From Fidelibacterota bacterium (GTDB taxonomy: Bacteria > Fidelibacterota > Marinisomatia > Marinisomatales > TCS55), in NCBI GenBank assembly GCA_034658595.1, contig JAYEFG010000010.1, positions 353 through 64,352 on the forward strand: a stretch of DNA of 64,000 nucleotides, in the 5' to 3' direction. Position numbers and translations under genes: made by a program. The notes below the pieces were generated by a model. It was not told the DNA's origin and made no database searches. It saw nothing but the letters and a program-made list of their open reading frames with translations. How positions within the stretch are numbered: the first letter of the stretch is position 1; the number at the start of each line of letters is the position of its first letter. Of this stretch, positions 59,960-64,000 are shown one piece after another.

Positions 59960-62900
59960 ATGATGAAAAAGATATTATTTTTCATCACTATTTTCGGGTT
60001 TTCCACTTTGCTCAGTCAGTCCGTTGTCAGTCTGGATGGTTCCAACGACTACTTAACCACAACCGAAACTACCGGTACAAAGCTTGAAGGTGATTTTACC
60101 ATTTCCGGCTGGGTATTCCCCAAGGGTGATGCGACTCAGCAGGTATTTCATAACGAACTTTTTGAAATCCAGTATCAGGGGTCTTATTATAGACAGTTTA
60201 GGATCTACCCAGGCGGTTACAGTACAACTTGGGGGGAAGCTTCGATCAATGAATGGCACCATATTGCGGTAACCCGTAGCAGCCACACTAACGCCTATGA
60301 TACCCTCTATGTATATGTGGATGGCAAACAGAGTCTCATGTTTGCAAGGGATCAATCTTCAACAACAACTTTTGATGGTACTATGTATTTGGGCCGGGAC
60401 CCTGATTATGGTGAATACTTCAGGGGTTTTATGGATGAATTTGCCATATGGAATACTGTATTGGATTCTAACTCCGTAAAAACATTGTATAATAACGGCG
60501 TTCCCAATACTATCAGCGCAAAGCCAGGCAATATTGTATCTTACTGGCCAATGAATGATGGTACCGGTACGACTGCAACCAATAATATAGGAAGTAGTCC
60601 CGACCTATCTCTTCAAGGGGCTACCTGGTCCACTTTTACCCAGTCCGCCAAGCCCGAACTGCTCGCCGATATACGCAGTGGTTATAGTGGTTCTTATCCC
60701 AGGAATCTTCGGGAATATAACGGCAAACTTTATTTTGTTGCTAACGATGGTGTTAAAGGCGATGAATTATGGGTCTATAGCCCAAAGGACAGTACAACCA
60801 CGCGGATAACGGATATTGCGTCGGGATCCAATTCCGGCTTGTTATATGAATCCGCTTTGATTGAATATAAAGGAAAACTCTATTTTACGGGATACGAAAG
60901 TAATTACGGGGCGGAATTATATTCCTACGACGGTAGCAGTGTCACACGAGTCACGGATATTAATTCTGGTGTGAGATCATCTTATGCAAAATATCTCTCC
61001 GTGCTCAACGATACACTGTATTTTGTCTCAACGACTAATACATACGGATATGAGTGGTATTCCTACGATGGCTCAAGCGTTACACGTAGGACTGATATCC
61101 GCGCAGGTGCCTCTGAAGGTGTCTATATCTATGGTAATGCTAAAGTATATAAAGATAAAATATATTTTCCCGGTTATGATTCCGATAAAGGGGTAGAACT
61201 CTTTTCCTACGATCGAACCAACGGTGCTCAGCTTGTTAAAGACATCTATAATGGGAGCTCGGGCTCTTATCCCAATAAGTTAACAGTATTTGACAAAAAA
61301 TTATATTTAGTAGCATCATATATGGCGGCAGGATCAGCTGCACCTGATAATGGGATGGAAGCCGCCGGCTCTGAATCCGGGATGAGCCATGATAATAAAT
61401 TATTAAAATATGATGGAACAGATCTGACCGTGATTGACTTGGGATCTTCTGTTTCCTATTTTTCTCTTTACGGCGATTCCAGTGTTTATAATGACAAGCT
61501 CTATTTTCAGGCATATACTCCCAGTTATGGTTCCGAATTATGGTCTTATGACGAAACTAATGGGGCCCAGATGGTGGGTGATTCGATTTACCCCGGGTCC
61601 AATGGGTCAAGCCCTAATTTTTTAAGAACTTTTGATAATAAGCTCTATTTCCAGGCCAATGATGGTTCAGGCTCCTGGGGTGGAAGCAGCGGTGAATTAT
61701 GGTATTATGATGGCACTGCTTTTGGTCGTGCCGGTGATATATATAATGGTAAAAGTGGTGCGTACCCCCAAAATCTATTTGCGACTAATGATGCCCTTTA
61801 TTTTGCGGCCAATGATGGATCAAAAGGAAGTGAATTATGGGCAATTAGGCTTTCGGACCCAACTCCCACGATCACCAGTATTACCTCGACTACATCTGAT
61901 GGGACCTATAAAATCGGTGATGCAATCAACATTACCGTCAATTTTTCGGAGGCGGTATCCTTATCAATTGGCGGATCGTTAACGGTGACCCTGGAAACAG
62001 GCACAACCGATCGCACGGTCAGCATTTCTTCCATCAGCAATGCCACCAGCGCCTCCGGTACTTACACGGTTCAATCTGGAGATTTAAGTTCTGATCTGAC
62101 CGCAAATTCAGTCAGCGTATCTGGTTCACTTTCAGATGCCTCCAGCCAGGCCATGGATAGTTTTACCATTGGTTCCAATTTGGCCGGTTCTTCCGCCTTG
62201 GTTATCGATGGTGTCCTGCCCACAATTGCCAGTGTAAAAAGCACCAGCGATAACGCAACTTATTCTGCCGACTCCAAAATCAATATTACGGTGAATTTTT
62301 CAGAGGCGGTGAGCATCTCAAGCAGCGGTACCTTAACGGTTACCCTGGAAACGGGGGACCCGGATCGAGATGTCACCATTACCGATATTTCCAGTACAAC
62401 CGCTGCTAAAGGGACTTATACCGTACAATCTGGAGATGCCAGTGATGACTTGGATGTGAAATCTATCGAGCTTTCCAGCGGTGCCACACTAAAAGATGCT
62501 GCTGGGAATTCAATGAGCTCTTTATCCATTCATGCTGATAGCAGTCTGTCCGATTTTAATAACATAAAAATAAATACGACCAAACCGGGGACACCTACAA
62601 ACCTCGTAGCAAAAAACAGGTATGGTGGCATCGGCTTAAAATGGTATAAAGAATCCAGTGCCGCCAAATATTATGTATATCGAAGCGGAGATAATGCAAC
62701 ATTTGAAAAACTTTCCACAGAACCTACAGACACGACTTTTATCGATGCATTAACAGCGGGTTCCAAATATTATTACTATGTCACGGCGGTGAATTCAGCC
62801 GGTACTGCGGGGGATACCTCAAAACATGTATTTGGCTATGCTACCAGAATTTGGTGGGTGGATGTCACAAATGGAAAGGATGAAACTCGTTATGGTGTAA

Positions 62901-64000
62901 GTGCCGATTCATCATTTAAAACCATTGAACAGGCCGTCAAAACCAATTCCAGTTTGGTTTCAGGTGATACCATCTATGTGAAGCCCAGTATTACCAGTAC
63001 CAACAAAACTAAGTACACGGGTTATTATGATTTTGGTGGTAATAAAGGTGATATCGATTTGGGCCACAGCAAAGATTTTATTTTGAAAAGTACGGCGGGC
63101 GCTGACAGCACCATTTTAAACGCAGAAGGAAATGGCCGACATTTTAATTTTTGGAGGGGTCAGACCAATGCCACCAATATTATTGGATTTACCTTTTTCA
63201 ATGGGGAGGTAAAAGATAAATGGCCTGGCGGCGGCTCTATGGTGATTAGTGAGTCTACTAATATAAAATTCCAAGATTGTGTATTTGACAGCAACCGCGT
63301 TACGGATAATAATAATGGCGGCGCAGTTGCTATTACGAATCAGGCCGTGCCAACTTTTACGGGTTGTACCTTTATTAATAACTTTGCGACGGATACAGAT
63401 GGTGGTGCCAGTGGTGGTGCTGTTTTTATTTGGTCGCCCAATTCTGTGGACGATTTGAAAGCTGCCATTAATTTTGAGCAGTGTAAGTTCATTGGGAATT
63501 TTGTGAAGGTAAGCGGTTACGCTCGCGGGGGTGCCATAGGGGCAGGAAAATTTACGAATATTAGCAATTGTCTGTTTATTAAAAATGGCGCAATTAGCGG
63601 GTTTGGTGCTGGTTCAAATGACTGGGGAGAGGCTCAGGGTGGGGCAATAGTTAGTTCGGGGGGATATAATACAACCGGTACTATTGTTGTAGTCTCTAAT
63701 TCCACTTTTGACCGGAATTATTTGGATGTACGCACCAAAAACGGCCAATTGATGGGTACAGAAGTTTTTTATGGGTGGCAGAATGATAATCAAATCAAAA
63801 AATTATATCTATTTAACACAATCATAACCGGGTCTTACCGTAAGCTCAATGGGGAAGATTATATTACTACTAACGAGAGCGACAAAATATTCTATTCACA
63901 CGGAAGTAGTAATAAGGCCAATGTAGATTACTCAGCCATCGAAGGTAGCTCAGACCAATCCTGGGCGGATGATAATGTTTTTGACATTGTCCCTGTCTAT
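59960..64000 (+). CDS. giant multidomain surface protein (LamG, 8x ELWxxDG-type blades, 2x Ig-like repeats, FN3, right-handed beta-helix), 3' partial
   Basis: The frame is open from ATG 59960 to the window end (1347 codons, no stop, hence absent from the ORF track). Signal peptide MMKKILFFITIFGFSTLLSQ. Domains by motif are given in the finding. Confidence 0.8.
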   Translation, partial: MMKKILFFITIFGFSTLLSQSVVSLDGSNDYLTTTETTGTKLEGDFTISGWVFPKGDATQQVFHNELFEIQYQGSYYRQFRIYPGGYSTTWGEASINEWHHIAVTRSSHTNAYDTLYVYVDGKQSLMFARDQSSTTTFDGTMYLGRDPDYGEYFRGFMDEFAIWNTVLDSNSVKTLYNNGVPNTISAKPGNIVSYWPMNDGTGTTATNNIGSSPDLSLQGATWSTFTQSAKPELLADIRSGYSGSYPRNLREYNGKLYFVANDGVKGDELWVYSPKDSTTTRITDIASGSNSGLLYESALIEYKGKLYFTGYESNYGAELYSYDGSSVTRVTDINSGVRSSYAKYLSVLNDTLYFVSTTNTYGYEWYSYDGSSVTRRTDIRAGASEGVYIYGNAKVYKDKIYFPGYDSDKGVELFSYDRTNGAQLVKDIYNGSSGSYPNKLTVFDKKLYLVASYMAAGSAAPDNGMEAAGSESGMSHDNKLLKYDGTDLTVIDLGSSVSYFSLYGDSSVYNDKLYFQAYTPSYGSELWSYDETNGAQMVGDSIYPGSNGSSPNFLRTFDNKLYFQANDGSGSWGGSSGELWYYDGTAFGRAGDIYNGKSGAYPQNLFATNDALYFAANDGSKGSELWAIRLSDPTPTITSITSTTSDGTYKIGDAINITVNFSEAVSLSIGGSLTVTLETGTTDRTVSISSISNATSASGTYTVQSGDLSSDLTANSVSVSGSLSDASSQAMDSFTIGSNLAGSSALVIDGVLPTIASVKSTSDNATYSADSKINITVNFSEAVSISSSGTLTVTLETGDPDRDVTITDISSTTAAKGTYTVQSGDASDDLDVKSIELSSGATLKDAAGNSMSSLSIHADSSLSDFNNIKINTTKPGTPTNLVAKNRYGGIGLKWYKESSAAKYYVYRSGDNATFEKLSTEPTDTTFIDALTAGSKYYYYVTAVNSAGTAGDTSKHVFGYATRIWWVDVTNGKDETRYGVSADSSFKTIEQAVKTNSSLVSGDTIYVKPSITSTNKTKYTGYYDFGGNKGDIDLGHSKDFILKSTAGADSTILNAEGNGRHFNFWRGQTNATNIIGFTFFNGEVKDKWPGGGSMVISESTNIKFQDCVFDSNRVTDNNNGGAVAITNQAVPTFTGCTFINNFATDTDGGASGGAVFIWSPNSVDDLKAAINFEQCKFIGNFVKVSGYARGGAIGAGKFTNISNCLFIKNGAISGFGAGSNDWGEAQGGAIVSSGGYNTTGTIVVVSNSTFDRNYLDVRTKNGQLMGTEVFYGWQNDNQIKKLYLFNTIITGSYRKLNGEDYITTNESDKIFYSHGSSNKANVDYSAIEGSSDQSWADDNVFDIVPVY
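60655..61860 (+). repeat. eight tandem ELWxxDG-type repeats (coding, beta-propeller-like)
   Basis: Recurring KLYF...G.ELW.YDG units: GDELWVYS, GAELYSYDG, GYEWYSYDG, GVELFSYD, NKLLKYDG, GSELWSYDE, GELWYYDG, GSELWAI. Confidence 0.7.
61865..62580 (+). repeat. two tandem ~118-aa Ig-like repeats (coding)
   Basis: PTITSITSTTSDGTYKIGDAINITVNFSEAVSLS...LTVTLETG...GTYTVQSGD repeats as PTIASVKSTSDNATYSADSKINITVNFSEAVSIS...LTVTLETG...GTYTVQSGD. Confidence 0.75.

Overview
Gene-dense chromosomal window with about 65 protein genes. I found no rRNA gene, no complete tRNA gene and no CRISPR array. The organism looks like a moderately AT-rich diderm bacterium. Many lipoprotein signal peptides, PorV-like outer-membrane barrels, an archaeal/eukaryote-type ProRS and a LamG/ELWxxDG/beta-helix giant surface protein fit an FCB-superphylum-like lineage (Bacteroidota/Ignavibacteriota/Marinimicrobia style). 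Taxonomy cannot be fixed from this sequence alone.

The backbone is housekeeping: mgtE, proS, recO, eno-ftsB, folC, rho, an aspartate aminotransferase, rpmE-DUF1385-prfA-prmC, dnaE-dtd and ligA. It also carries many peptidases and hydrolases (M23, M1, S9, rhomboid, CPBP, Ntn acylase, amidohydrolase).

Leads worth a second look:
1. An orphan Cas6/RAMP-like protein with an acidic-then-basic tail, directly downstream of rho, with no CRISPR nearby.
2. A FlgT/LPP20(FlgP)/thioredoxin/FlgO-CsgG-like periplasmic module with no flagellar genes in the window, immediately upstream of a surface protein longer than 1346 aa.
3. Two paralogous 69/70-aa double-helix membrane proteins in a cassette bracketed by terminators. 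Their 5' leader contains an intrinsic terminator crossed by a 38-codon uORF that ends in TAATG on the first gene.
4. A type II dehydroquinase-like protein in which every catalytic motif I can recall is replaced.
5. A lipoprotein gene split by an A7 homopolymer frameshift.
6. A decayed RAYT/IS200-like transposase with REP-like hairpins.
7. A tightly coupled ABC-2 exporter plus outer-membrane barrel operon.

All family calls come from motif recognition by eye. No database search or folding was run, so they need confirmation.
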